NCBI GenBank assembly: GCA_003427395.1
Contig: BFEA01000020.1
Location: 449,645 to 513,644, forward strand
Source of the DNA: Chara braunii
Taxonomy: Eukaryota; Plantae; Charophyceae
Reading direction: 5' to 3'
DNA: 64,000 bases
Shown: in pieces, positions 12,630-25,350 of the stretch
Position numbering within the stretch: the stretch's first letter is position 1
How the letters are laid out: each line of letters starts with the position of its first letter
Notes under the pieces: generated by a model
What the model was told of the DNA's origin: nothing
The model's database searches: none
Seen by the model: the letters and a program-made list of their open reading frames with translations, nothing else
Position numbers and translations under genes: made by a program

Positions 12630-13045
12630 CTTCAAGGCGTATCCCTGCCCAGCTACCTATCCACGTAGGGTGACTATTATATATTGTGCTAGAGGTGAAC
12701 CAGCTATGAGGAGTTTATTCTCGTTGTAGCATAGGAGAATGCATGGTAATGTTTTTGACTCATTGTCATGATCTCGTAAGGTCGCTGCATTGATCTCACC
12801 AAAACAACTTTAAGGTGACTTGTCGTCCCATAAAATTTAACATGTCCATGAGATGTGTTATCGAGGTCATCGACCCCTGCCGTTGCGTCAAGGATCTGCT
12901 TGATTGTATCATGCAATAGTTTATTTCTTTGACCCATCTCATCGAAATATATCGATTTGGCAAAGTGCGCCAACTATACCTCTCACTATTTCTCGTGAAA
13001 GAAAAGGGTATCACGAGGCAGAACTTACCTCCACCGTAAGGGGTG
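12630..13045 (-). mobile_element. Degenerate fragment of the Gypsy pre-gag leader (same family as 47500-47800)
   Basis: gcgtatccctgcccagctacc...agaggtgaaccagct...tctcgttgtagcatagg and gaggcagaacttacctccacc match 47600-47750. Confidence 0.65.
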
Positions 13046-15558
13046 TACCATTCATATATGGATGTATACCCAGTGAGCTATTAACCCATATATTGTGGTT
13101 TTTACATGTCATGTTTAAGGTGGACCAGTCGAGCATAACGGTACATACAACAACGTTCAAACGAAACTCATTTATGAGCAATCATTTTGTGTGTTAACCT
13201 CCCAAACGCAATCACAGGCCGATCTTTCCAATCGCACGAGTCCAATCTTATCTTTACATGTCTCTAGTTTTGTTTCATTATCAACCCATAATTTATTTTA
13301 TACAAAAATGATAAGTTATAATTTTCGCAAATTCGTAAATATGTTGCGTGTGACACTTTAGCGGCACTATAATACCCATGTATGTAACACCTCACAAATT
13401 GTCAAAATTACTTTTTACACGATACCCATGAATGTATGGTTTTTTCTGGGTTTTATGGTCGTGTACTGAATCTCATATGAAAAGCGTCGGGAAAGTCTTA
13501 CTTCTTGCCACCAAGGGGTTGTGTATGTAGTCGTGTGCCCCTTCATCATTTGCGTTAAGCAAAACAAAGTTATCACAGTTGCATGACGCAAGAGTGGTCA
13601 TGATTGACACTTTATAACAATCTCAGTTTTCTATCTAAGACATACATGTTCTACTATCAATCCTAAAACGAAACCACACTACACTTATATTCATATTTTT
13701 AATCCCTCATAAATTTAGTTATGCGTTGAGTCGGCGGTTGATTATGTCATACGATCAACGTCGACTTGACCATTTTAAGGAGTAATGTTTACGTTATTCG
13801 CTCGGTTGCTCGTAGTTTCACCTTTTCACATCAAAATATACTACTTAGTCAAATATAAGGTTAATATTACATTCAAATTAGTTGATCACATAAAACATTA
13901 GAGAATTCTACATAAATATACATTGGTTTCATACAGATTATACCCATTTTATTTCAATAAGATGTATTCATCCATATATTGAAGTTTTCACGCAAAACAA
14001 AATGCAGTTACTCTTATTGTGACAAATACAACTTGTCAATCCACTTTCCACATATTCAACCGCGCTTCGTTAAACATTCAATCCATTTAAATTTTTCACA
14101 AATGAACAAAATCAGAGATATATCAAATGCTTATGAGTTTAACGTTCAGTCTCGCCTTGATTTTCTCTTACACTAATAAATTATCTTCATCTTAATATTT
14201 TTCAACTTATCAATTTGCTTATAATATTTTTCAACTTATCAATTTGTTTATGTCTTTCACAATCAAAAATCATTTGAGCATCAATAAATTGAAAATCTAA
14301 TGAAATGTTTTTTTCATATAAGGTTCAAGTTTAAATATAATTGTTAACGTATACAAAGGTTAATCCGCAAACGGTTTGTTATCAATAATTAACATTTATT
14401 AGTTGATGATAAAAGTTTGTGATTATTAAATCATCGGCTATAGTGTTTCACAAATCCTTGTAATAGTATGCGATTTGAATCAGAGACACAAACTACAGTA
14501 TTATCTATGTATTTAAATCAATAGAGAATACACTTCATTTTCACATCCCGATTTGATTTATAAATCTTTCGATAGAGACTTTGTCAGTCTCTCCCATAAC
14601 CAAAGCAACTCTTACATCAAACAAAAAATACAAATTTTATACTTATGATTGGTCTCCAATTTTTATTTATTTTTTTAACAAAAATATTTGACAATAATTT
14701 TTCTAAATGAATAAATTAAAAAAATAATAACAAAGTAACATTCCGAAAGATAATTCTAACTTATATATTAATTGGAGTACTTGACTCATCAAACTTCTTA
14801 AAAATTAGCACTCTTCTTAGGCTTAGTATAAATCTTGGCAGTATTTATTTTACCAAAATAAAATTTTTATATTTATAGTAAGTTATGCTTCTGCCAAAAC
14901 ATTTTTATTCCACTCTTTCAATAGCATCACGATGTTATGGATAACAATTTTTTTATTACATTAAATTGTCAGTACTGTCTAAAGTCGTGGTACGCATGCA
15001 ACTAGTCATTGTTACAATGTCGACACGTTTCCACTTAAATAAATTTATACTAACGCTAAATCGTGTTCATCCCAGCATGTTGGGGCACACATATGGCTAC
15101 AACTTTCAGAGGTATGGATAGTTTAAAGTTAATTGTTATCATAATAGTCAATAAATAGAGAAAAAACTTGCATAATACATTACATAACTATAAAAACAAT
15201 GTTGTAGGATACATTAGTATTTTAACGACAATTCGATAGGAGATCATCTTAAAATTTATGACATTAGATTTACATTACAGAGACATGTTCACTAATGTCA
15301 GTAAAATATTGAAAAAAAATTGAAGTTCAAAAGAAAAAAATTTATGAAATAAATATACATGATTATATAAAATATATACAAAATTATCGTTTTTTTTTTT
15401 TTTTCTTTTGTTCGTGGGGTTTCCCATCCTTTAAACTATTTATAAGCAGTTTATCCTTACACATGCTTCATATTCTACAAAAAGTGATGAAAACCAATAG
15501 TTGTATGTTATATAGTTGAACTGTTCAACTTTCAGTCATCGATAAACTGTTCATATTT

Positions 15559-16089
15559 TGTAGCATCGTGTTTGCATTGGTGACCAAGCCTGAACGTCCG
15601 CGATCGAACGTGAACGAGAGTCAAAACCCTCTGAACGCGAACACAAAAATAATTAAAAATAAAATAAAATAAAATCATAAATTATATGAAATCAATATTA
15701 CGTAGAATAATTGATGATGATGATTGATGATTAAATCAAATTAAATGGTGAAAGTATGATAATTATAAACTTAGCATGACAAATCAGACAATCACACAGT
15801 CATTCGTATATCATAATCAAACACATACATGCAAGAGACAATGAGTGCGAAAGACAACAATATACCAAATACTAAGTATGTTGTGTAGAATGGTAATACA
15901 AATAACTTTTGTTTGATAGGTCTGTTCAAATTCATAACAAAACTCGAGTTCAAAAAAAAAAAATATATATATATATTTTTTAATCATAAAAAATATATCT
16001 TCGACTGAACATGTTCGGGGGAGATTCAATCGAACAGTTGAACATGTTCGGACGTTCGAAAAAAAAACGAGCATATTCGGTGTGCTACA
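15559..16089. mobile_element. Possible non-autonomous DNA transposon with short TIRs and subterminal GAAC/GTTC motifs
   Basis: Starts tgtagca and ends tgctaca; clustered gaacg motifs at left and gttcgg motifs at right around an AT-rich core. No TSD found. Confidence 0.4.
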
Positions 16090-16379
16090 CAAATTGATAC
16101 TATGTTAGTCAACAGTTAAGCACATGACTTCGTGTTTTGATGACATTGTGATGAATTCGTGATAAAAATATGATGGAATTAAAATAAAATTATGATTTAA
16201 TTATAAACAAAATTATGATGGAATTATAATAAAATTATGATGGAATCATGGCGTACGCCTAATAGGCTGGTTACAAATCAATATTGATGCATTCGTTACC
16301 GAGCACATCGGTCCCTCAAGGGGACCCTCCCGGTCGAGTCACGCAGGATGTTGCATAACTTGTCACAAAAAGCGTTTTG

Positions 16380-16700
16380 TCGCTCCGACTGAATGCGTCA
16401 ATCATACCTCTCAGGTTCACTACGACAGGATAGGGCCACGAGAGGCACAACTTACCTTTACCCTCGGGAGTTATCACCATTCCTTAGGCGAACATTTCCT
16501 CGTCGAGCGACAAAGCCCCGTGCGAAGGTTTTTCATATGTAATCACAGAGGTGGCTCGATCGAGGGTGTTTCTCATTCGTTGTAGCATTGGGGGGTATAC
16601 GCAGTTAACGCCCGAATCAGACCCACACAAGAATCGTCGCATGAGCCTCTGATATCTCGAACGCAATCCTACGTTGATGTCGGGACAGAAACCCTAACAA
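16380..16700 (-). mobile_element. Degenerate fragment of the Gypsy pre-gag leader
   Basis: catacctctc...ctacgacaggataggg...ggcacaacttacct...aatcacagaggtgg...tgtagcattgggggg aligns with 47560-47760. Confidence 0.7.
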
Positions 16701-17282
16701 GAATATTTACCATGTTTTTTTCAATGTTAGACGTTGTTCAGTCTTCAGTATGAACTTTGTTTAAAAAAGTTTGACTTGATGAAATGAAAGTATTGCCAAA
16801 CCCTATTTTAACTCGTCCATCGATTAAAAAATCAAAATTATTGTGTTTAAAAGCAAACATTTGACTATCGGCGGGATGAGAAGTTAGGAGAGGGTCGAAA
16901 AGGCAAACGGTCGTGGAGGTACTGAATTTAAATTTATTCGCTTTTAAAATTATGACACGCGGTTGTTAAGCTGCGCTATTCAGGGTTTTAAGGAGAAGTC
17001 AAGCGACTGCATTACATATGCAACAACGACATTAGTGTGCAGAGAGTTTTTGACCGACTAGGTTGGGGAAAAAAAAAGACTTACAGGGATTCAACGCCAA
17101 CACGGGTAAATCGGAAGGCCTGCATCCTATCTTGGTGGGATGGTTGTGAGTTTGCACTTGGGATCGGTAGGCGGTTTGAGGGGCGGGAACAAGCTGAAGT
17201 CTGCTATGTCGCTGACTGGCTAGCTGTGCTAGGCCTAAGTCTTAATAACGAAGAGTTGTTCCTGTTCAGCATGAGACAAGAG

Positions 17283-17345
17283 CTAGCCCAGTAGATTCAC
17301 GCACCAGACTTTCACCCGACAGATACCAGGATCAAGCCCGATACT
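17283..17345 (+). pseudogene. tRNA-Glu(TTC)-like relic
   Basis: gactTTCacccgacagataccaGGATCAAGCCCg resembles the anticodon arm and T-arm/B-box of tRNA-Glu; acceptor stem not intact. Confidence 0.35.
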
Positions 17346-17410
17346 GCGTTACTTGGGTTAGCTTCTTTTGGTGTGATCACTTACATAACGCAACCAAGAT
17401 CGGTTACGCG

Positions 17411-17470
17411 AGATTAGTATGGCCCTGCCCAAGGATGACACGTATAAATCAAGAATTGGTCCAAGTTTTT
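17411..17470 (+). pseudogene. U6: U6 snRNA pseudogene, 3' half
   Basis: AGATTAGtATGGCC-CTGCcCAAGGATGACACGtATAAATCaAGAAtTGGTCCAAgTTTTT aligns with the plant U6 3' half including the oligo-U end. Confidence 0.85.
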
Positions 17471-20400
17471 CTCTACAATGTTCGATCACATAAAGCATCA
17501 AACTTTGGTCTGTGTTTCAATAGGGTAGGGGTATGTTCCGAATGCACTGTTGGGGGAACAGGCCATTGGTTTCAACCAACGAACGAAGAGAAGAAAAAAA
17601 AAATGGAATGTAAAAGGAAAAAAAAAAATACAAACTCAACTACGAGCGCCAAGTGACGCGTATCAGAGATCATACTCCCAAACTGACAATGAGGCGTCCG
17701 TTTTAGGCGGACATCCATTTTGTTATTGATAGTTTTTTTCGTATTTTTTCTGTTTTTTTTTTTCAATGTTTTTTTCAAATTATTCCTCCCTCTCCCCACC
17801 TCCCCGCCCTTCCTGTGACTCTGAGTAGCACCACTTGTAACGACCACCTCCTGCATACCCAACATACCAAAATTATGGTGGAGTATTTTTTCAGGTTTTA
17901 GTGAAATGTTTATTCGAAGGGGGAGGGGATGTTGTATCTGCCCGTTTTGGGAAACGGGTTGCAACCGCATGAGACGCAACAAGCCTCCCCATTGTGGTTG
18001 GAATCGAACTTGGGTCTGGAAGTCAACAGTTCGTCGACTGTTCAATTCAGCTAAGTTTTCTTTCCGTTTGTTTTCTCTGTTTTTTGTTATTTTTGTTTTT
18101 TTTCTCTCTTTGTTCGCCCCCCCCCCCATTTTGTGGTCGCTGATATGTAGGGAGAAAGGGGAAACGGGGTGGGGACTTACAGATAGTTGGACGTCACATT
18201 TGATTAAAAAAAAAAAAAAATAAGGCAGTTATGCCTCGTGATCGTGGATGGAACAACTAGTTTGGTTGTGTGGGAACACAAAAGGTTTCGACTCCGGGAT
18301 CGTCGATCGCACGACCGATGTCGCTACGCGTGAAAGAGGGAGAGTTGAGGGAGTTGGCGAGAGAAACGGGGGGGGTTGGTAGGAGGTTCCCTCCCCGTTT
18401 TCGGAAGAGGGCAGAGGAAAAGAAGGAGGTGTTCGTGCTTCAACAACACACGCCTAGCCGAGGTAAGAGCCAAGCGAGTTGTAATCATAATTAGTTCTAT
18501 TTTTATTTTTATTTTTATTTTTATATTGTTTGTTTTCTTTATTTACTGCATCAGCGAGAGGAAACTTATCCTCATGAGGTGCTACCTTTGGCAGAAACTG
18601 CTAGAGGTAACTGTCAGACTCTCATTTTTAGAGCAAGCCTGAACATGAAAGCGCGGAGAAGGAAAAGGCTGAGTACAACATTGTGAGAACGAGACCAGAT
18701 ATATTAAACTGAAAGAGGTTGTATCTTTCCAACCATTTATCAGAAAAATAAAAGAAAAACCGTTTTGAAAATGCCGTGATCTCATCTATCTCGTGAAACT
18801 CCGAGATAGTTGAGATAAACGAGGAAAAAAATGATGCAGTTGAAGAAACTGCCCCCACTAAGGCCGTGTTTGTCGTGCGACCAAAGTTAATCTTTGATGT
18901 TCACCAGATCAAGGTCTCCTGTGAGTCCGCGATTTTGCCTAGGGACTGGAGTGATGGCCAACCATCCTCAGCCACTATAAAAAAACATTTGTCCCCAACT
19001 GCCACACAAAAACACTCGTGTTTCCAGTGTGTGACAACACACTTGAGTGTTGTTGGGTTGATGGAGAGGTTGTCGAAGACAACGTGGGAGGAAGTTGGAG
19101 GTCTGCAGTGAAGCTTGGAGAACAAGGAGGACAACCATAGCCGAGATATGGAACACTCTCCTCCACTTCCTTTTGTCTGATGTTGGTCTGATGGGATTGC
19201 CCTTGAAATTTTGTGCGACCAAGGCTTCACGGTGGGAGTGCACTTTGAGACTAAATCTTGTCCAGGGCCCAAATTTTATTAATTTGGCGGTAAGTTTTGA
19301 GCGGCAACAACAGACTTCAAAACCATATTGATGGTGGTACCGGCGAGCTAGACTGTTTTTCAACTTTTATGGAGAGATGCTCCCGATTGTTTTCCCACGT
19401 CAACAACAATAGTTTTTGCAGCGTTATGTTGCCGATATTGGGATTTGTCAGACGACAATAATTGAAGGGAAAATGTTGGATTTTTTTTTATGCGTCACGA
19501 GGCTCACCATCAACGTCGATGAATGGGTGAATTGCAGAGAAACTACTGCAGCGGTACGGGGGGTATTATTAAAGGTGTCGGTGATAGTCTACATATTGGA
19601 CCGGGCTTGTGAAAGTGGAACGACACACTCTCACATTATACGACCCTTTTTTTCTGGGTGCTCAAGGAAAATTTGAATGAAAGGAAAGCTTGATTGGACA
19701 TGCTTGTGTGGGACACTAGGTCTGACTTGAGTAGGTTTCTTGTTGGTTGTATTGTTGGGTTGTTGGTTTTGCTTGGCATGCAGGTGGGTGAAGTGGAAGT
19801 ATGTGGGGAAAAAATGCATATTTTGTTGAACGAGGAGATGAGGAAGTTAAATGTTCCCCTGCACTTTTCTGTGTTGTTTTCAAATGCTTATCAAGTAAAT
19901 AATAAAACTTTTTAGGCTAAAAGTAACGAGGGCCGGAAAAAGAACGGAAAAAAAAAACAAAACAAAAAACATGAAAAAATAATGAACGAACTTATTTTAA
20001 ACCTAAGGTTCCCTTTTTATATTTCAAAGACCCTTTCGACTTGTTCCCGTCCAAACGAGTCCCGACTCTCTTTTTGCCCTAAATTTTTATTTCGTCTAAG
20101 TTGCTTTCACGTGTAGTGGTTCAGGGTAGTTGACCTGACTCTAAAGTCTGAGGGTTTCCTCACTCTAGGAGGTAATCTGAGGAGGGGGGTTGTTGCTTTA
20201 GGAGCCGGCTCTATTAATGACCAAGAGTGGATCGATTAACGGGGCGAGTACTTTGTCGGTTAGGTGGAGACGACCCGACTTCTGGGTTCCGAGCCTCTGG
20301 CTCGGGCTAGGAGGAGGAGTACTCCAAACATGTTCCTAGAAAGTAGGACGTGTGATGATTAGGAGTCAGAGTTGGTTTTCTCGCACGTCTACTTGAGAAA

Positions 20401-23289
20401 AACACTGAATTAGCAGACCCTCAGGTGAACGCATTAGGTGTTTCCTTCAGTTTTAAAGATTGACACTAATAGAAGCTCGACATGTTTTGACACAAGCAAT
20501 ACACGGAGTGAAAGTAGGTATTTTCCGTCCCGAAAAGCACGCACCATAAGAATAGCGAAGTCGGGATGAGGGATCAGGGAAATAAGTTATGAGTTGTCAA
20601 TCAAAGGGTGCTAGTGAAATAGACAGAGGACTGTAAAAAAAAAAAAAAAAAAATGTATATCAGTTTGACTGAACTTAACAACTTACGAGGGGGTCAAACT
20701 TAACAACTTACGAGGGTCATTTGTGTTTTTTTTTTCCAGATGCTTACGATACTTGTGGTTGTTGTGTTATTTCCGAACAGAGAAGTTAGTGCAGGGTACG
20801 TAGTCCAGACAAGGAGGCACAAATTTAACTTAAAACAAGTTGATTGCAATGGTTATAACTCAGCTATTGTATTTTCTTCCAGAAGAGAGTTGAGTATGAA
20901 TTGAGGTACGATCAGAAACCCATCGTGAACCTATTTATTTATAACCTCAACTTATTTGCAAATCTTTGAACCAAGTTTGTTCGAGCCTGGAGGGTAGACT
21001 TACGCATTATTTATAAATTCGAAGACAAGGAGTTGTGAGCACAGTATGACCATAAGATTAGATGGTTGTATCTCAGGCTTATTACGTACTAGGATGCTCG
21101 TATGGAACGACATCGAGTTCCTCAAATGACTTTGTGTCAATCAGTTTGAAATGGTCGACAAACAGTCACCTATTGGTGTGAGGTGAGTAACTTACAGTCA
21201 CTTTTGGGAGCGTAGGCTGATTCGGTGGATTGGAATGAGGAAAACAAACTTCACACATAAAAATGTTTAAAACTCGAGATGAAAGGAGTATTTACTAAAA
21301 CAGATGTCAGGTATGTGAGCGGTGACAATTTTTTTTTGTACAGTCAATAAAGCAAGTGATTGGATGTCAACCTCGGAAGAGAATGTGATTGACATGGAAC
21401 GAACATGAACGATTAATCTTCGATCCGTTTCTCGTTTTTTCCGTGAGGGATAACTCACAATTTTGGGAACTTACGACATTTATTGCAGAGATGTCTGTTT
21501 AGAAATAGTACTACAAAAGACATTATTTAGTATGACTTTGTTCTACGAAGAAACGACGAAGTTGCACACCGTCTGGTTCGACACAGTGATGCGTAGTCTT
21601 AGTATGTAGGCAATTCCGGAAGTTAAAATGTTTTTTTTTTTGTGATGCTACTGCGCTAAAATGAGCAGCATGATTCTTTTGCATAAGGCAAAATCTGTCA
21701 TCGAACGCTCGGCAACAGATTTCGACGCTTCAGGCGAGTTGTTTTTTCTACAGAGGAGTTTGAGCACGAGAACTTGAAGCGTCGATTTTTTGGGCTAATT
21801 AATCCTTGATGTAGTTTTTTTGTGGACAGATTGACGATGGCTGGCGTGACCTTACTATGATCAAGTATCTTCTCGTCCACCATACGCCTTATGTCACTTT
21901 GTTCGTGGGGGCAGAGCAACTTTCAATAATTCGAGACGGTCCGCCGACTTGTTGGATTGGTTTTATCGGAATGCTTCGAGATGGTTAGAGATTCTTTCCA
22001 GACTCACGAGCGGATGTTCGAACCAATGTGGCTTGAACTCCTAGGGAATTTTATGGTTATACCTTGTATTTCCATCACGCGAGTAACCTCCAATGTCTCT
22101 CTCGAATCATTGTGAGTGTTAAAATTACCTAGTCCGGCGAGCACTTTGTCGTCATCGAGATTTGGGACACGGAGACAAGACACTCTCATTTGGATTGAGC
22201 CCACCGTTCTGAGCGATAATATGGAGGCTAGACTCACAGATGACCTCACTTTATGGTACACGGACAGTCAGGGTTATGCGAGGCGGACGTGTCATGACCT
22301 TGATTTTTGATGATAATGCGCTCACACGTTTCAACTCGTTAGAGACTCATGACTCTGAGGGACGCTAGCTTTGTCATGGTTAAACGCGTCCTCTGAAGAT
22401 TTCATCTGATTTCCAGAGATATCATACATCCCACTGACTCATGGCTTCATTAGATAATCACATAAAAAAAAAAAAAAACTTTATTTAGATAGGAGCGTCG
22501 GATGGATAATATCAAAATTGCCCCGATGATCTTACTATTATGCTTTCGCATTGAGGGGTAATTGCATGAGGAGGGCTAACATGGCTAACACGTGTCGTCG
22601 GTCAAGGCAAAAATTTACCACAAGTAGGAGTGAGATAATTTTTATGCATAGGCGGACGACAACTCATAAGAAACAATACGAGCTTTCAACTCGCATTGAT
22701 AGTCGTTACCGGTCCAGGGGTCGCATGAAGACAGCGTAATAAAACCAAGAGCAAAAAGAGAGAGATGAAGTACACCTTTAAGTTAATCGTTGGGCGTCGC
22801 CGATTAGCCCAACCGTATTATGTGAGAATATTTTGGAGTTGCGTGAAGAGGAGAATCTTGATTAGGATAAGACTTCTGTGGGGCAGCCTGAGGTACGACT
22901 CAAAGATCTGACATGAGAGAAATGTCTGCATGTTTCAATTAGTCGTAGTTTGATTGAACTAAAGAAAGGGGGGGGTCCTGTACATTAGACAGAGAGTCCC
23001 ACTTACATTGTATCTTTTTACAGTTTCACCATTTTTTTTAGGAGCGTGACTCGAAAATTCAACTATATCAAAGGCGAGAATAAATGTTTTTTGCAAGTCA
23101 ATTCATCAAATTAAGTCAAACAGTATTCAGTAACATCAAGTTTAACATCATGTTGATTTTCTTGACTTGCTGAACCAGCCGAGTATGAGGAGTTTTTTTG
23201 AATGGTTGCTGAAATTTTGGTTACGTGAAAACATTAAAGGTTGATTTTTGATATGGGGTGCTTTGTTGATGATTTCTGTGTTCTGCTAC

Positions 23290-25350
23290 AATGATTTTTT
23301 TTTTAGAATTTTGTGCAAGAGGCCAGGATTAATTAATTGGTTTTCACATTCGGTTGAAACCGTCCTAGTTTACCGACGTATGCCTTGAGCTTGAAAAATC
23401 ATCGCCCCTAGCAATGGGCAACATCCGAGGTACGATAAAATTTTACCCATGTCTACCTATGCTACAGTGAAACCAACAAACACGCTCGACTGACCTACCT
23501 CTGCAATCGCATGTAAAAAATTTTGCATATGGGTCAGTGACACTGTAGAGATATGCCCCTAAGGGTGGTGAAAACCCGTTAGGGAAGGTAAGTTGTGCCC
23601 CGAGAAAACCTATTCTGTCGCAGGGGAATGAGGAAAATGCGCCCGGCCAGAGCAACGAGAGGAAAACGTTACCTCGTCCCTTCTGAGATTGTTTCGATGT
23701 TGTCTCCAAATTGTCTCTCATGTTTTGTTTAACTCCAGCGTGACATGGTCGAGAGGACTCTCGCCTTTCGTGGAAAAGGTGGAAGTCGATGCGCTCGACA
23801 GGTGGCGTCGTTGCCAAACGTAACGACTAGATATAGTTTGTCCCTGGTGGAACAATAATTTAGTAAGAAAATATTATGAAGTTATGATTTAAGCTTACTT
23901 TTATTTGTTTTATGATGAAGAACTAGTAAATATTTACAAAATGAGAAATGAGAAGTGAATTTCATTAAGGTATTAATGTATGGTGTCATTGTTTTTGTGA
24001 CACTTAAGATGGTTGAAGCTAGTGGAATTGGTGCTGAGAAAATGAATGATATAAGAGAATTAGTGAAAACAATTCAGGAATCAACCACTTAGAGGGATGA
24101 ACTTCCAAAGGTGGAAGTCTCATTGTTTGATGACAACAATGCCTCTTTTTGGGCTGAAAAGTTCGAATAGTTGGCAAGTTGTCGGAAATAATCGGATGAG
24201 AAGATGTTGCAAATGGTGAAGCGATACTACAAAGTGGAGTATAAAGAGGAATTTGCCACGTTGGAGAGTGAATTATAAAATTCGACAAATTTCAATGAAA
24301 AACTCTAGATAAATGTCAACTTGGAGATCAACTTCAACATTTGGTGGATCTTCAAAAAGTTGTCCGTCGGAAGTTCGGATCGACCAAGCAGTTTTTTATG
24401 AAGTTTGAGGGAGTTGCACGGCTAGTGCCAGACCTTCAGGACAATGACAAATGTCTTATTTTCCTAGACAATGTTTTTGGAGGTCGGGCAAAGGGAGTTA
24501 ATGAAAAACATGCAAGGACGGTATAATGAACTGAAGATAAAAACTAACCTTTTGCCTGAAGGTTTTGATCAAATGCGTTACTGCGTGCTGAAACAACGGA
24601 AAAAGGATTGTGAAAATAGGATGTTGGAACTGACAAAGATCGTGCATTTTTTAAAACTTTGTCAGATATGAAAGAGATGATGACAAATATGCGAGCTGGG
24701 TGATTGAAAATCGAAATTATGATGGTAAAGGTAAGAGGTAGTAAAAGAAAAGGGAAAAAAATGACTATCGAATGAAGCAGCAATGACAATGAAAATGAGA
24801 AAAAATGAAAAACCTCTTAAGAAATTGACAAAAGCCGAAAGAATGTCTTTTAATTAGATCCGAGGCGGCCAGAGAACACGTAGGAAATAGGGAAAGCGTA
24901 AAGAAAACAATAGGAATGGTGGAAATGGTAGTGGTCAAGGGTAATTGGAACAATCTCAGCCCAAACCAAAGCAGCGTTAGGCTGGGGGAAGTCGTGGGCA
25001 AGAACGAAGAAATTGACAGAAAAACCTGACATGTAAATATCTGGATAAGAAGGGAAATATTATTCGATTATGTCAGATCCTCTCGCCAAGGATGAAGTTG
25101 AAAAAATTGTATATACTACCATCCGATGTGAGGTATTTGATTATAAAGGGAGCTTAATTGACTCAAATATTGAAGGTGAAATCGGGAAAGAGACGTTTCG
25201 ATGGATGAGTCGGAATTTGCAGGCAACATTTTAGATGACCTCTCAAGAGGAGGAGGTTTTTTTTTCAGATGATAGAGACAATTGGGAAAATTAATAGAGC
25301 AAGGTGAAATCCTTATCCAACAGAAACTGAAAGTAACGAAGAAAATGACG
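23290..25350 (+). mobile_element. Decayed Ty3/Gypsy element E: leader plus gag
   Basis: 23355-23800 is homologous to the reverse complement of 47420-47860. Downstream broken frames give EKFE*LASCRK*SDEKMLQMVKRYYKVEY, KFEGVARLVPDLQDNDKCLIFLD, a decayed knuckle CKYLDKKGNIIRLC, and VFDYKGSLIDSNIEG (cf. VFDIKGQLIDANIP at 46600). Confidence 0.75.

Noticed and set aside
13200-16300. Organellar insertion or Helitron in the AT-rich block
   Set aside because: No recognisable organellar genes, RepHel motifs or CTRR/hairpin end.
18400-22400. Decayed plus-strand coding-like stretches
   Set aside because: Multiple stops and frameshifts with no motif I can identify; probably transposon relics but not supportable.
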